From Utricularia gibba (taxonomy: Eukaryota > Plantae > Magnoliophyta): a stretch of DNA of 64,000 nt. Shown here piece after piece: positions 37,490 through 51,649 of the stretch. How positions within the stretch are numbered: position 1 is the stretch's first letter; every line of letters starts with the position of its first letter. Below the pieces are notes generated by a model. That model was given only the letters and a program-made list of their open reading frames with translations. It did not search any database and was not told where the DNA came from. Location: NCBI GenBank assembly GCA_002189035.1, contig NEEC01000004.1, positions 3,658,001-3,722,000 on the forward strand, read 5' to 3'. Both the position numbers and the translations under genes were made by a program.

Positions 37490-38438
37490 AGTGGGAAGAT
37501 ATTCCCATGAGTAACCCTAATGATACATCTAAAGATTTAGATGAAGATACCGGAGTAAAGGTCTTCAAGCACCGGCGAGGTAAAGGCTTCTGCAGATAAT
37601 GTTGATGATGAAGGTCGAGAGCATTAGCCTTTTGCATAAGATCATACAATCCTTGAAGTATAGGATCATCCTGGAATCCATGATCTCCTTCCCCCAACGC
37701 ATCCCAGCAACTTGATATCATGCAAGTGTGATGCTGAGACCAAGGAGAACTTCTTGATCTAACTCAAGAAATGAACCCTTTCCTTTAGCAATTCATACAC
37801 ATGTAAGTTTCTGCCTTTCTGGAAAAAGACGTGCATATGATCATTGGATGCCAAAACTTTCCTAATCCCATCGGATGCTTTCTTTCTGGGGATTTTGATA
37901 ATAGGAAGTCTTTGATGTCTTCTGCTAATCTATCCATTCTGCAGTTTCAGTAGATCTGGACCTGCTAAAATGGATGCCGATTCAAGACAATGATAACCGC
38001 ATAGTCAGAAGATTTTGCTGGATCATATGCAAGAGAAGCCATTCAACCGTATCCTCCCATACATCAACACTCCGGACATAGCAATAATCGGATTGCGGAT
38101 CAATCAAGCTTCCGCTGTTTTTCAACATTTTGCATTCGAGCAAGATCAACCGATGAGATATTTGGAACGCGAAATCGTGTAACTCATGCCTCCTCAACGT
38201 CATTACGCCAGAATGTCGATGTATCGGAGTTGACGATAAAAGACGGCGCCAGTTTCCTGGTGTGGTGATTCCTGTGGAGCGCCACAAAACAGGGATATGA
38301 AATTAGCGTTTTCCATATCTTGTCCACGGTTTGCAGATGCAGAAGTTGCTTTGCGGAGAGACGCGCCAAGGAATCATCGTCGTCGATGACGGAGAACATG
38401 GACGTCTGGTCGTTGATCCCTCCATCGCCGTCGCCCAT
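37490..38438 (-). pseudogene. Intronless F-box protein pseudogene (At5g07610-like)
   Basis: F-box remnant LARLSAKQLLHLQTVDKIWKTLISYPCFVALH. The same frame continues through at least five stops (first at 38184-38186) to SLAYDPAKSSDYAVIIV..QVQIY, the LAFDPxKSxxYKV motif of this family. The 3' boundary is approximate. Confidence 0.7.
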
Positions 38439-38702
38439 CCTCAGGCGCGATTCAAATGACTTGGACCCAGAATACGATGGAGCCGAGTTCGTTGTCAAAT
38501 TAATGCTGTATACTTTAATATTAAATATATTTATGGGCATATTTCGTTTATTTTATTACTTGAAAAAACAGTGAGTATTAAAGGAAAGTTACTATTTTGA
38601 GGCTCTTTAAAATAAATTAACAAAATTAGGAATATTTTATTTCTCAGTCGACGAGGCGCGCCACACCCTACGGAGAGGGCAGTAGAAATTTTTTTGGGGA
38701 AG

Positions 38703-40045
38703 ATGAGGGGAATGGGCTTTGCGCTCCGTCGTCTGGTTTGGGGTGGAAGCAGAGCCCTCTCGGTGGTTCCTCGATCGGGAAATGGGGTTCTCTCTATCGC
38801 CACCGCTTCTATTGTCACTCTAGCTGTTGCCGATGAGTCTACTCGCCGTCTTGCTTTCAATCCCGCCTCCAGTTATCCTCCACCCATTTTCAGCACCCAT
38901 TTTCGGAGCTTCTCCAATCCACCGCCTGCAACAGGTCCATGCGGGCTCTCAAGAATTTGTTTATGTTAAGTATTGATCTTTCGATATGTTATAGGCATGG
39001 GATTGCACATCCCGCAATTTTCAATATATATATATATATATTTTTGAGAGATGCGAAGAGCCCTGTGAAACTTGTTAATATTGATGTAGAGGTTTCTACT
39101 CTGCATTGGGTTTTCAGCTGTTGGTGAGATTGTTTGGTTTCGTGTCCTTCATTTTTGAATAGGCTGTCCATTCCAAAATCCTACTATGTTACCCATTTGT
39201 CTCAAAGAAAACGGCGTTAGTCTCAAACAAAATTTCAATTTTGAGTTGCAGAATCGTCAAATGTGGTGATAATTGAGACTGTGGAGCAATTTGACGACTC
39301 TCTTCGTAAAGTCCAAGGTATTGTTCCTCAGATGAGTGAGCCGTTTCTTAGAACGGTGCTGATTGATGAGCTTTATCACTTCCCATGATCCTCATTTCTG
39401 ACTATTATGGTTACATTGCAGATGAATCTTTGCCTGCCATATTTTACTTCACTGCAGTTTGGTGTGGTCCTTGTAAGATTTCATGATAAAGTTCACCTGC
39501 TAAACTATATCGACTACAGCTTTGTGAATAAAATGCTTCGAGTTCTCATAATTCAAGTCATCTACAGGTAGATTGCTGTCCCCATTTATTGGGCAGCTGA
39601 GTGAGCAATATCCTCATGTTACGACATATAAAATTGACATTGATAAAGTAAGTCTGCAGCATAAAGAATGGTTGTTGTGTTTGAGTTAACAATCTATTTG
39701 TGCTGAACTCTTGGAATGGTGGAACATGCAGGAGGGTCTAGAAAATGCGCTTGGCAAGCTTAATATTCACTCTGTGGTAAGCAAAGCCTTTGTCATTTTT
39801 CTACAGCATCACGTAGTTTAGTCCAATCTTGTCACACCATAGCTTATATTTGACAAAGAACTCCAGATTGATTACAAAAAGAGCTTTTTTCATTCCCTTA
39901 TTATGATAGAAGGCAATTCCATTCATCACACTCTTGGTGTATGCAGCCCACGCTCCATTTCTTCCAGAATGGCAAAAAGGCCTCTGAAGTTGTTGGTGCC
40001 GACGTGCAACAGTTGAGGAAAACCATGGAATCACTGTACAAGTGA
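38703..40045 (+). CDS. TRXO: Thioredoxin o (mitochondrial)
   Basis: Exons 38703-38934, 39252-39317, 39422-39472, 39568-39647, 39732-39776, 39947-40045. Active site FTAVWCGPC is split by an intron; YKIDID and VPTLHFFQNGKK are present. N-terminal Arg/Ser-rich presequence. Confidence 0.92.
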
Positions 40046-40841
40046 GACAATCTGTCTTCATTGGAGACTACTCTCAATGCCTTTGTTCAGTTTTCTTTTA
40101 TCTGGATGTTAAAGACATAGTCATCGCTGCTGTGTGGAAAATCTGCATTTTACTTTTCTTTTTGTTGGTAAGATAACAATAGAAATAATTTGTGCCCCCA
40201 ACAGAGCATATGCTATTGTAAATATATTCTTATCGACTCTGAAGTTTTGTAAGTTTCTATAACTGATATAAATCTGGAAGATAACTAAAGAAAAACAACT
40301 TCGAGGAAAAAAGCTCATCACCAAACACAGCTTGTGTAAGGTGGCCGTCATTACGAGTAATGCCCATTATTCATTGAGTTTTGATGCTGATCAAGACCAA
40401 GAAAGAACCATAGACACAGGATTAAGGACAGGGACATGAGCAGCACGAGAAAAGAGATATTTACCCAAGTCCACAGAAGCTAGACATGAATACCAAGAAA
40501 AACATGTGCCTTTTGTCAAATTTATATGCTGTTCAATGCTTTTGAATCATGTTCTTCAACTATTTCTGGAACTCTTTGTTCTTGCGGCGGTTCCGAAGAA
40601 GCTCCAAGCATGAATATTTCTCACCTAGATGCTTGATGCTTTTGATGTTTCTGCTCAACTACAAAAACTGTTTCTACGCATTTGGGTGCTGAAGCAAGTA
40701 ACACAATGTTTCATTTAAGATGAGCTATAACATTGATATCAGAGTTCCATTATCCTCACAACATCCTAATCAAACTACAAAATGGCTTACAAGGTGAATT
40801 ATGAGGGCAGCAATAGCTCAAGAAAGGATCTCTTTTCCTAT

Positions 40842-43800
40842 CTAATTCCTAATCCCATCTGTTGCTTGGTTGCTGCTACCAGGATGATCTGATTTCATCC
40901 TTGATAAAGAAGATACGTCCTCTTTTTCATCAGGCTGTTTCACGTGAGACGAACTAGAATGAGTTTCATCGTCACTGGCCTCTTTTGGCCGATTCTCTAC
41001 CGCAGCTGATGTTTCCGTTGGCTTCTCCTCCATGACTGATGGTCGTACCAACTGGGGATTGGGCTCAGGCTCAGGCTCAGGCTCTCCATCATCCTTTGAT
41101 CCAGACACACAATTATTGACAGGGACTGGTTCTTGTGGAGATGATGGAGTCGCCACAGAGGGTGAACCAACATTTATCAAATCAGGACGAACAGCGATGT
41201 CACTTGTTTTGCGTAGGGAGAGGTTACCAGTTGGATGTGACTTCATCTTCTTCAACCTACGCCGTGGATCCTTGGGCTTGCGAGGCGGTGGTCCTGGTAC
41301 GAGAAATGGAGGTATTTTGGAGGCCCCATCACCATACAGGACACGAACAGACTGCGCAATAGCAGACACGGTAGGAGGCAGATCATACTCCTGCGGTTTA
41401 CCAGGAGCAGCACTCACTGCTTCCCGGAGCCAATGCGGCAGAGGGCCTTTGAGTTTGTACCTTAACATTTCTTTTTCTCTTGACTCGTCTACGACTGGCG
41501 AACTGTGAAAACTGGAAACAGCTGGTGAACCAAGAAGGTCACTGGTGCCCTCCATATGACTATGGCCAGGCATCCCCAACTTAGCTGAACCATTCCGTTT
41601 TTCCCTTCTCTGAAACCCATGCGGGCCAGTCCCTGGGGGATTCTGCGGAAAAGGGGACTCGGCAGGGTTGCTAGACGAAGCAGCATACCTGTCACTGACC
41701 CCTGGAAATAATCCTCTCGAGAGCTTAGCCTGGAAACTGATAGAACTCCAATTCGGAAGTGGTGGATCAGATGAACCAAAATTTGGAACATTGGATGCTA
41801 GACCACCAACACTCAATCTCATGTCAGTTAGATGCGGATGAAAGTTCACCGGCTCATTGTAATTCATCAATTGTGTTCCTGGTCGTAAATTCAGCAAATC
41901 TGAGGGGCTTCCATGTACTCCATGTGCCATCAGTCCATCAGGAACTCCAGAAACAAAGGGAAACTTGGATGCCTTTGGTGGCCTGAGAGATTTTACTGCT
42001 GAAACTCCAGGCCCATCAAGGATCTTAACCTGTTCCTCTTCCCACCTCACTGCAAGATCCTCAGTTGTCTTTAGCTTGGAGAACTTAAGTCTAGGATCTT
42101 GCAAGATCGCATCCCAATTTCCCTTCCCATGTCTGCGAACACCTAGCCACAGACAATCAAGTTCATCCTCAGACCACAGGTCCATCTTTGGCATGCTATT
42201 TTGCAAATTCCCTGACCCAGATCCAGTCATCTGCATGATATTCTCTAGAACCTTCCGACGGTTTTCAGGGAATGATGAAAACATGGATGTCTGACTTGAT
42301 GCAAAACCTGGGAGCATCTCCCGTCCTGGTTGATTATACCTTGGTGGATCCATAGGAAATTTGAGATTCGGCAATGTCTGGAATACTGGAAGATCATGCA
42401 TGGAATCCTTTGCATCTGCATATCTAGGCCCAAGAGGTAGGGATGAGAAGAAATCAGGTCCAAAATGTGGGAAGTTCATGCCTGGAAATGGGTATCTTGG
42501 GAGCATCTTTTCATCAAAAGGTAACTTGGGTAACTGCGATTTCTCTTGGAAATCAGTGAAGCTACCACCAGGGTTCTTAACATGTTCAGCTGCTGCTTTA
42601 CCTCCCAAGGGATTCAACGACTGCTGCAAATAGCACTTTTATGAGCAAATTCAAGAAATATGGGGAATGCATGAAAATTTGTATTAGGAAAGAAACACAC
42701 CATGTGCATTCGATAAGCTTCGGCTGCACCATCAGGCAACTTATGCTGTGTGGAGATTGCCTCATGGCCACTAGCACCCACTTTATTTGAAGTGAAAGCA
42801 GCAGCATCAGAAGAAGACAGTGTCAGCTCCAGCTGAATCCCTCGCTTCAGATGTCTTTGGTAAGACTTGGAGTTCTTGCGCTGCTGAGTCTCCATGTTCT
42901 TTGGGGCATTGGGAGCACATAATCCTAGAACTGGAAGCAAGTAGTTACCCGCATCAACCTGTAGCTCATCACCGAGACCAACATGCGCAGCCTCAGGGGT
43001 ACATCGATCACTGGATGCAGCATGATGGTCCAAGTGCATAGTCGACTTATTTTTCAGTATTCTCTCCCGGTTCGAAGTTGGGTCCATTGTGCTAGTCGAC
43101 CCTTTTCCAGGATTCTTATCTTCTATAATAACTGCAGGATACATTCTTTCCGGTTGCTGGAATGAAGCCCTGCCACTCTCATCTTGAGCATGCGGGGGTG
43201 ACAAGTTATGTAATAGGTCTGTCCTGTTGAGGCCCTGCAGCATCGACGATTCATTCACCTTACTCTTTGCTAGCCTTTCTTTCTGTCTGGCCCGGAGCTT
43301 TGAACTAGTGGATAAAAAAATAAGTCATTCACACAATCAGCAATGTGTGACAAATATGCCAAAACAACGAAGCTTAATTCCAGCCACAACAATGCATTTT
43401 TTTTTTTCAAATTGATGTCCACTGTAAAAACAGTATGAGCAGGGTAACTTGTGTGGAGTAACCACGCAACAACACAGTATGAAGCCAGACTGTATTCGGC
43501 TAACTATTAGTTTGCAACATAATTACTACAAATATTATTTCAAAATGACTTCCGAACAATCCATTTTCTCTATGATTTCACCTTGTTCCGACCGCTTAAA
43601 AAGCAGACTAGCCCATTTATTTCCATCATCACTCATTCAGATATTCTAACAACTTTTATATCATCCACATAACTATTGTAAGAATCAAATACCTACAAAT
43701 CATCAACCACATGATATAAGTTTTTATATCATCCACATAAACGCATGCAGCCACTAACCTGTGCTGATTTCTCCCATGACTAAACAGAGCAAGCGTAGAC

Positions 43801-46800
43801 TCAAATTATAATGCGCTTTAATGGGCATTGAACAACAAAATATCTTCAACATTTGCTGATTATTGTGAGCACATTTGCCATTACTTTTCAAATATATTTA
43901 CAATAGAATATTGTCTTGAGGTAGCACTACCAATTTGATTTTATAGCTGCATTGTCTGTATTCTCGCAGCATTTACCTCTATTCACTTTGTTAGAGGATG
44001 CTAATGTTAATAAATCTTGCAAATTATGATAAAGTTCTGTAATGGCTAATCAAGAAAGGGGCATGTAAACTGAACTTACTATTTTTCTTTAAGAGCTAAT
44101 CCGCTTGGTGTGTACTCGCGTGCAGGCTCAGGTTCAGGCTCCACCTCTTCTTCAGCACCACCCTGTTGTGTTACATGATCATAACTACCACGTGAAAACT
44201 TCATTTGATAAAACATGAGAATACACACAAAAAAGTATAATTCCATGTTACAAGGTAACAAGAATGCCATGATTCACCAAAGTGAGCAAAATTAGAGAAA
44301 ATTACTTCACTTACTGCTTCAGGAGGATGAGTGACATATGCCTCCCGGTAAGAAACAGCTTTCCTTTGCCGTTTTCCACGACCAAGGGCTGCTTCTTCCT
44401 CATTTTGATACTTCTCCCATCTACATTGCAAAATCAGTAATAAATTGTGATATGAAAGGAAAAATGAGAACATCATGAATAGATATTGCTCAAGATTCTA
44501 TCCGACCTAACTCGAAGAAGCCTGTCCCACTCGTTTTCTTCACTGATTCCAGTAGATAAATTGTCTTTCTTTTCGGCTTTCTGGGCGGTTGCATCCTCAG
44601 TTCCCAAAGAAGGAGGCATCATTCCAGTCTGTGCATCCGCACATTCATCATTCCACTCTAGAGACTGTAAGAAAGGAATAAGAAAAAAGGGAAGCCAATT
44701 AGATCACAAATTGATGCTTCAGAAAAAAAAAAAAAGGAAGGAAAAACACACAAACAACCAGGTTTGTCAGGGTGCCAAGGAGGAAGGGAGAAAAATATTC
44801 ACTTTACTATGGGTCATCGCATCAGCTAACAAAAAAGCTCTGAAACTAAAGGATCACTTGTTTCAAAAATAAAAAAGAAAAGCATCGTTCGTTTTTGAAC
44901 AGCTTATAATATGAACATTTTCAGGCAGAACGGATGATTAATATGACATCAGCAGAAACCTTTACTGAACCAAGCATATCATTTTCCAACTCTGATTCCA
45001 CATTATCTGACGGGCAAGACTGGATATTTGAGCGGTCTAGCAGCTTCAAAATGGCTTGCTCATCCCACAGAATCTTGCTACTGCCATCAGCACATTTATC
45101 TTGGTATACATCACCAAGGCCACCAGTTCGCTTTCGCCCATTAGGTTCATTTTCTGTTGCTCCATCTCTGTTGTTGCATTCACTAGTTTTTCCAACCATG
45201 CTAGAAGAATCACAAAAAAGTTCTTCAGTTCCCCATTTTAAAATGTCCTCTACTTCCTTCTGGGATCCAGACTTGCTAACAAAGAGTTGGTCCAGCATCA
45301 ATTTTTTCTTTGCAAGCTGCAAGATACGCTCTTCAACACTAGCCCGGACAACAAGCCTGTATACAAGTAGTCGGTTTGATTGCCCGATTCTGTGTGCTCG
45401 ATTCATAGCTTGGATATCTGCATGTGGATTGAAATCAGAATCATATATAATGACAGTATCAGCGGTTGCCAAGTTAATGCCAAGGCCACAGGAACGTGTT
45501 GAAAGCAGGAACACAAATCGGCTCCTATCTTGGTTAAAGCGTGAGATTGCTGATTGCCGTTCAGCCACAGAAACAGAACCATCAACTCTCTCAAAAGTCC
45601 TCGGCCCAAATTCTGTAGCCAAATAATCTTCAAGAATATCAAGTAACTTGGTCATTTGGGAAAAAATAAGAACTCTGTGACCGTCTTTGTGTAACAACTT
45701 GAGCATAGAATGCAGCAATGTCAGCTTTGCCGATGCTTTTATTCTCATTTCATGAAGAAATTCCACAGATCCTGATTCAGGCTCAGTGCCTGGTATTAGG
45801 TAAGGATGATTGCACACCTTCCGCAGCTGCATAACAATATTCAGCATTGATTGCTGGGGAACACCTTTCCCAATGTTCCGTAGTATCTGGTAGTTCTTGG
45901 TGAGCATAGCACGATAATATTCTGCTTGAATAGATGATAGCTCCACAGGGACCACCCGCTCAGTCTTTGGAGGAATATTCTGCATGGCATCTTTTTTCAA
46001 CCTGCGAAGCATATGTGGTGCCACAAGCTTTTTCAACTCATCCACCTTTTCAGCCGTGGTCAAATCATTGAATTTTTCCTCAAATGAAGAAAGAGAAGGA
46101 AAGGAATCTGGTTGCAGAAAGTTAAGTAGATTGTACATTTCCCCTATGTTGTTCTGGAGAGGGGTACCAGTGAGTAACACCCTATGTTGGAAAGAGAAAG
46201 TATTTAGCATGCCAAACAACTTACTGCTAGAGTTTTTCAAGCGGTGGCCTTCATCAACCACAAGAACTTCCCATGGTACACTGCGTAAGTGAGAGGAATC
46301 ACACAGAACCATTTCATAAGTTGTAACAAGGACGTTGAATTTGTGTGCAGAAGTCCTCTGATTTGGGCAAGAGGGACTCTGTGCATGCCATTCATACTGT
46401 CGAATTATGGCTCTTGATCTTGAGTTACCATGATATTCCACAACATTGATTTCAGGCGCCCAAAGTGCAAACTCAGACATCCAATTTGGCATGGTGGACA
46501 AAGGAACCAATACTAGACATGGCAGTATAGCTCTAAACTCGAAATACAAAGATGATAAAAAAGCACATGCTGATACCGTCTTGCCAAGCCCCATCTCATC
46601 AGCAAGTATAACATTACGTGACTTGTGCCAACTTTTGCGCAACCAATTCAATGCTTCCAGTTGATGTGGGAACAGAGAACCTCCTAATAGATACTTTGGC
46701 TGTTCAGTAAGAGTAGGAACACCAATTTGTTTGATGGTATGCCTTCCAGCTGAGGCAAGATTGGAAGAAATATTGTCCAGTGTTTGTAGTTCAAATTTTT

Positions 46801-49800
46801 GGAACAAATCAACCAGATGAGATGAATATTTAATAGTCGGTTCATCCCTTCTTTCCCAAGTGCATTCATCATAAGAAAGACCTGTCCATTTTATTAACAC
46901 TTCAGTTGTACCAGAAGAAGAGGTGCGGGTAGCTATTACTCTCTGTGGTATCATCCATCGATCTTCACAAAGATTCACTGTTGCAGTCCCATACTTAGCC
47001 TTATAATTATCCAATTTCCGCTTTGCCAGGATTTTCAGTTCTGATTCAGGAATCCAACTATTGTGGAGATGAGACTTCCCAACCCACTTCACCAAGAACT
47101 CATAAGATATATTCACATTTGTTTCTAGTTTAGCACTGCTTTTACAAGGACCTTCACCATGCTCATGACCTTGAAAGTTGTTCAACACTATCTCAGGAGT
47201 TTCATCATCCTTCAGACCATGACTGGTAGTACAAGACCTCATGATCATCTCAGTTTTCTCAGTGCCACTTGTAGACAATGTCATATCATCTTGATTTTCA
47301 CAGTTTAGCACCATGGAACATGAGCCCTCAGTTTTCCTATTAGAATTTAAGAAACCTTTGTCACTATCTTTGCCAGCCGACCTTCTGTACACTTGAAGCT
47401 TTGCTTCATTCCAACGACTACTCGATCTTCTTCCAGGGTCAGACGAACTAGAGACATCTTCATGTTCACTGGCAGAACTTCCATCCTCATCAGGATCCCC
47501 ATCTCCATTCACCAGCATCTCACTGCTTATACCTTTCATATTTTGTTCACTTGGATCAACTAAATGAACTGAATCTAATGCTTGATTAGCACTGGCATTA
47601 GATGCAGATTTGCAGTTGAGACTTCTTGTCTTGTTTTGAAGTCGACAACCGACAACTCGATCAACCTGATGTACAAGTAATGGGGTGAGAAAGGTACAAA
47701 AAAAATATGCTGCTTTAAACAACCTCCTAATCTTAGGGGGGCATGTTGCATAAATATAGAAGCAAATCATACCACATACCTGAAGAGTCCCATAAGTATC
47801 TACCTCTGATATCAAGGGTTCACCAGCAGCATTTGCAGCTGCTTGGGACTCAAGGAAATCAAATGAAGCTCTGTCAGTAAACATCTACATCAATGGAACC
47901 CATGTCAAAGTGATTGTAGGAGTAGATAAATTTATTATGGTTGGATATTATCACATCAGTTTCACGATCACAATAAAACATGCCACAGAGGGCTGAGTCA
48001 AAAGTAAAATGGAAACTTTTAACACCTGTAACAAAAATCTTAATGAAAAAACCAGGAGATCCAAAAACAGGAGGAAAATGCTGCAACTCAAGGCTAGGAC
48101 AATATCAGAACAACTAAAAAAACTAACAACCAATTCAGAAGATTGTCCATAAATTTTTGAATGTTCAGCTGAACAGCGCAGTGGTGAAGGATGTGTAAAT
48201 GCGATGAAAACTAAGTCTAGGACAACGTCTCTCTTTTTTTATCCAAGATAACCATAGAATGTTATTATGGATGGATGCAGGATATTGAGTATCAGAAATC
48301 CGAAACACCAACATTCACACATACATCACCCAACAGATTCAGGCAGTTCATGAGTTAAGTATCAACAGAGTAGGCTATTGATGATGCATCACAACAAAAA
48401 AGTAAATGATTCTTAGGAGTATACTGAAGACTATCTCTTTTGGAGGATGCATGCTTATTTGAAAAAAAGAGAGCAGCAAACCTCGTGATTATCTGGGATA
48501 TCAGCAGTATCTTCCTCAATATCATGAATTAATGAATTTTTGGATGACTTGCGACTGACCGATTTGAGCTTCACCATCGTTTTAAAGACTGCCCTCCTAG
48601 TATAAGGTGCCCTTGAACAATGTTTTGTACTAATATCTGACTCAGATATTCCTTTTTTAATTTTCTTCTTCTTTGTAAAATCATGCAAGAGAAATTTTGG
48701 CTTCCTTTTTCTGGGCAAATTGGTGGCAGCTTCCATTGCAGGTTCATGTACTGGTGATTCTTTTCCAGCTGGTGCTTTAGGTTTCTCCTCCATAGATTCA
48801 TCATTAATATTACCCTTCCTAGAAGAAGAAGAGCATTCATTGATCGAGGTAGTCACCTTGCCATCCTCTATTTTCTTAAGGGGTCTGCCTAGCTTCCCAT
48901 CAAGTCCAACATTTGATGAACCACAATCCACAGATGCATGCAGTACCGGATAGTTTTGCTCATTGCTGCATTCGTCATTTGGACAACAGTGCAAACCTTC
49001 TCCATTCATTCCAACTTGAGACAAGGATACCTTTTCTCTTCTGGAAGACCTTTTTCTCCCGAATTTGGAAGTTCCACATGTTTGCTTTGCATTCTCAGTT
49101 GCAGACGATTCACTTTCTCTTTTTGATCTTCTAATGGTGATTTTGGTTCGAGCCCTTTTTGTAATAGAGTCCAAATGATCTACTTTATCTGCACGAGCAC
49201 TTTGCTGCAAGCATATGGGGCATTCCCACTGTCCTAAGGGTACAAGTTTCTGAGGGAAAATGGTAAAATAAAAAAGCTGTCATTGCATGTATATATAAGA
49301 CGAAAAGCAGAAATGCAGAAGAATTCAAGATGTGCCTGCACAATAGGGTCTAGGCACTTGAGGTGATAGTTATGAGCACAAGACTCCAGAGAGAGCAACT
49401 TCCCGCCAAGGTCGCAGAATCCACATCGTTTTTCTTGACATGTTGGGCACTTCCACTTTCCCTTTGGAGCACGCTAAACATGAAGGTAAATAAATGTGTC
49501 ACCAAGGTTTTTTTTTTTTTTTTTCCAGTGGAGCTTAAGCTCCTTGATAAGAAAAAAGGATTTACAGGGAAGGTGAGTCAGTATCGTGTGAGATGTACAT
49601 TGAATCTAAAACGAAAGTAAAAAAAATAAGTTATCATTACATCATCAAAATACTATTGTATTAAGTACCTGCAAGGCAGGGTCCAAGCACTCGAGATGAT
49701 AGGTGCGGGGGCAGTAATCACAGCAAAGAAGCTTTCCACCACGTTCACAAACCTCACACTCGTAATGATACTGACACACATCGAGTAAAATGCATGTGAG

Positions 49801-50285
49801 CCACTCATAGCAAGAGAGACAGATTCCAGTGCAGCTAAATCAGTGTGCTACGTTTGATTTTTTTGGAAAATACTCGCACAATCAATATGGCCACCTAAAA
49901 GTAACAACTAAAACACAACACCCCTAACAAATGGGATCTAAATGACAACAGTTCACCTAATCTGCAAGATTATCTATCCACGGTAACCAGCCTGATTCAG
50001 CTGCATCTCATTGGCACGATGTTATGCCTTCTGGATGAAGCAAAAAGAATTGAAAAAAATCATGGAAGAAGAATTAAAGATTACCCCATCAGTTCCTTTT
50101 TTCTTTCCTGAAGATGGATCTGAACTAGTGTCATTGTCGGAACATTGCCTTGAAAGTTTAGCCCTCTTGTGACTTCCATCGCTGTCACCAGATTTATTCC
50201 CGACAGTAGTAAGCTTTCTTCGCTTGCGCTTCAACACCCAGTTTTTATTAAGTCTTGTCCTAGTTTTTGAACTGTTCTCCTTCAT
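40842..50285 (-). CDS. CHR4: CHD3-type chromatin remodeler CHR4/PKR1 (PHD, 2 chromo, SNF2 helicase, SANT-like), about 2200 aa
   Basis: Exons 50285-50085, 49770-49669, 49249-48482, 47884-47780, 47665-44960, 44664-44507, 44420-44306, 44162-44080, 43304-42701, 42623-40842, all in phase. [19 protein letters not shown]; [11 protein letters not shown]; VDEGHRLKN; [11 protein letters not shown]; [21 protein letters not shown]. Confidence 0.95.
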
Positions 50286-51649
50286 TGCTGCAGCAAGAAA
50301 AAACTACTCATGGCAGAGTGAAATGGCTAATCCAATCAAGGATAAAAACTATCACTCACAGTTACTCTAAGTGGAGGCAGTCTGGCTTTAACTGTACAAG
50401 GCACAATCTCTTCTGGAACTTTCCTAAAAAAGTATATGGCTCACAATCCAAGGTCATGAGCTTAAAAGAATCATGTGCTACTCATGTCCATCATTATTTA
50501 TGACAAAAAAACCTTCAAAGTTAAAGCCGCATATAATGGAAATTAGAATTCATTGATGAGACATTCAACGCACATGCATTCCATATGCTTGAGATGCACT
50601 CGGATCCACTTGACGTTTCCCAGCAGCAACTATAACTATCTTCTTTTCGCTTCTCGCAGTAAGCTTGAAGTGCCTCCTTTGACACATTTCCTAGCTAGTC
50701 AAGGCTTCTCCACATTTTTTCGTCAGTCACCTAGGTTCGTGGCTAGAGCGTTAGTTATCATCCCACCTTAAGCCTTCGCTCGATGAGCAACAAAATTGCA
50801 TATTCAATGAAGTGGGGCTATGAATTATAATTTCCTATGTAGAATGAAAACAAAATGTAATCCTGGGGATCAACAATAATGACTGGGATCTATTTCCAAA
50901 GCCGTATAATTAATCATGCCGGTCATTTGACCAACATTCATCACAAAGAGCTCAATCGTTAAGGAGTTAGGATCATCTAGCAATGCATGTGCTATTGGGC
51001 GAAGGTACATTCATGAGATACCAAAATAATTTTAATATGAAGGAAACCCGCACCCAACACTGCACAGATAAAGCAAACCAGCATATCACCGATCAAAACT
51101 TCATCTTAAATTCACAGCAAGGAGGTGTTCACATCAGGTTCCGTTACAAGAAAACGTTTCCATAATTGTTAAACAAAAGAAAAAACACTACCTTGTGAAT
51201 TAAAGGAACATAAACATCATTAAACCTTCCAGCCATGCTCAAGATGAATCATAAACCAAAAAAACGTAAAACGGGGTGATACAAAATCCAATCTTTTGAC
51301 AATCACTCATTCATACCCGTTAACCAACAAAATGATGTAAGTATCAGAAGCAGTTGGGTGAGGCAGAAGGGGATTAGGGTATCTGGGTATGCGCGAGAAG
51401 GGGAGAAACACGAAGAGAGAGAAGACGACAAAGCGAATTAAATGGGTAGAGAGAGAAGGAACCTTTGAGGTTGAGTGTGAGTGGCGTGGCGTGGCGTAGC
51501 TTGTGTATACACATACATACAAATACGGATTCCACAATCGCGCCCCGCCCCCAGGGTCATAGGACTTTGGAGCCTGACATCTACTATTAGCTGCTGTGGG
51601 AACCGGGACGAGAACCCCAGCTGCTCTCCAATAGAAACCTGCCAGGTGG

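Noticed and set aside
41032-45626. Long antisense ORFs opposite CHR4 (41032-41508, 44934-45626) and similar ones opposite BIG1, RING and NAP1
   Set aside because: These are shadow ORFs arising from codon structure of long exons, with no independent motifs or splice signals.
50640-50780. C/D-box snoRNA or organellar insert in the CHR4 leader
   Set aside because: The candidate C and D boxes are imperfect and only about 40 nt apart, with no terminal stem and no recognisable organellar gene. It is more likely a 5' UTR exon.
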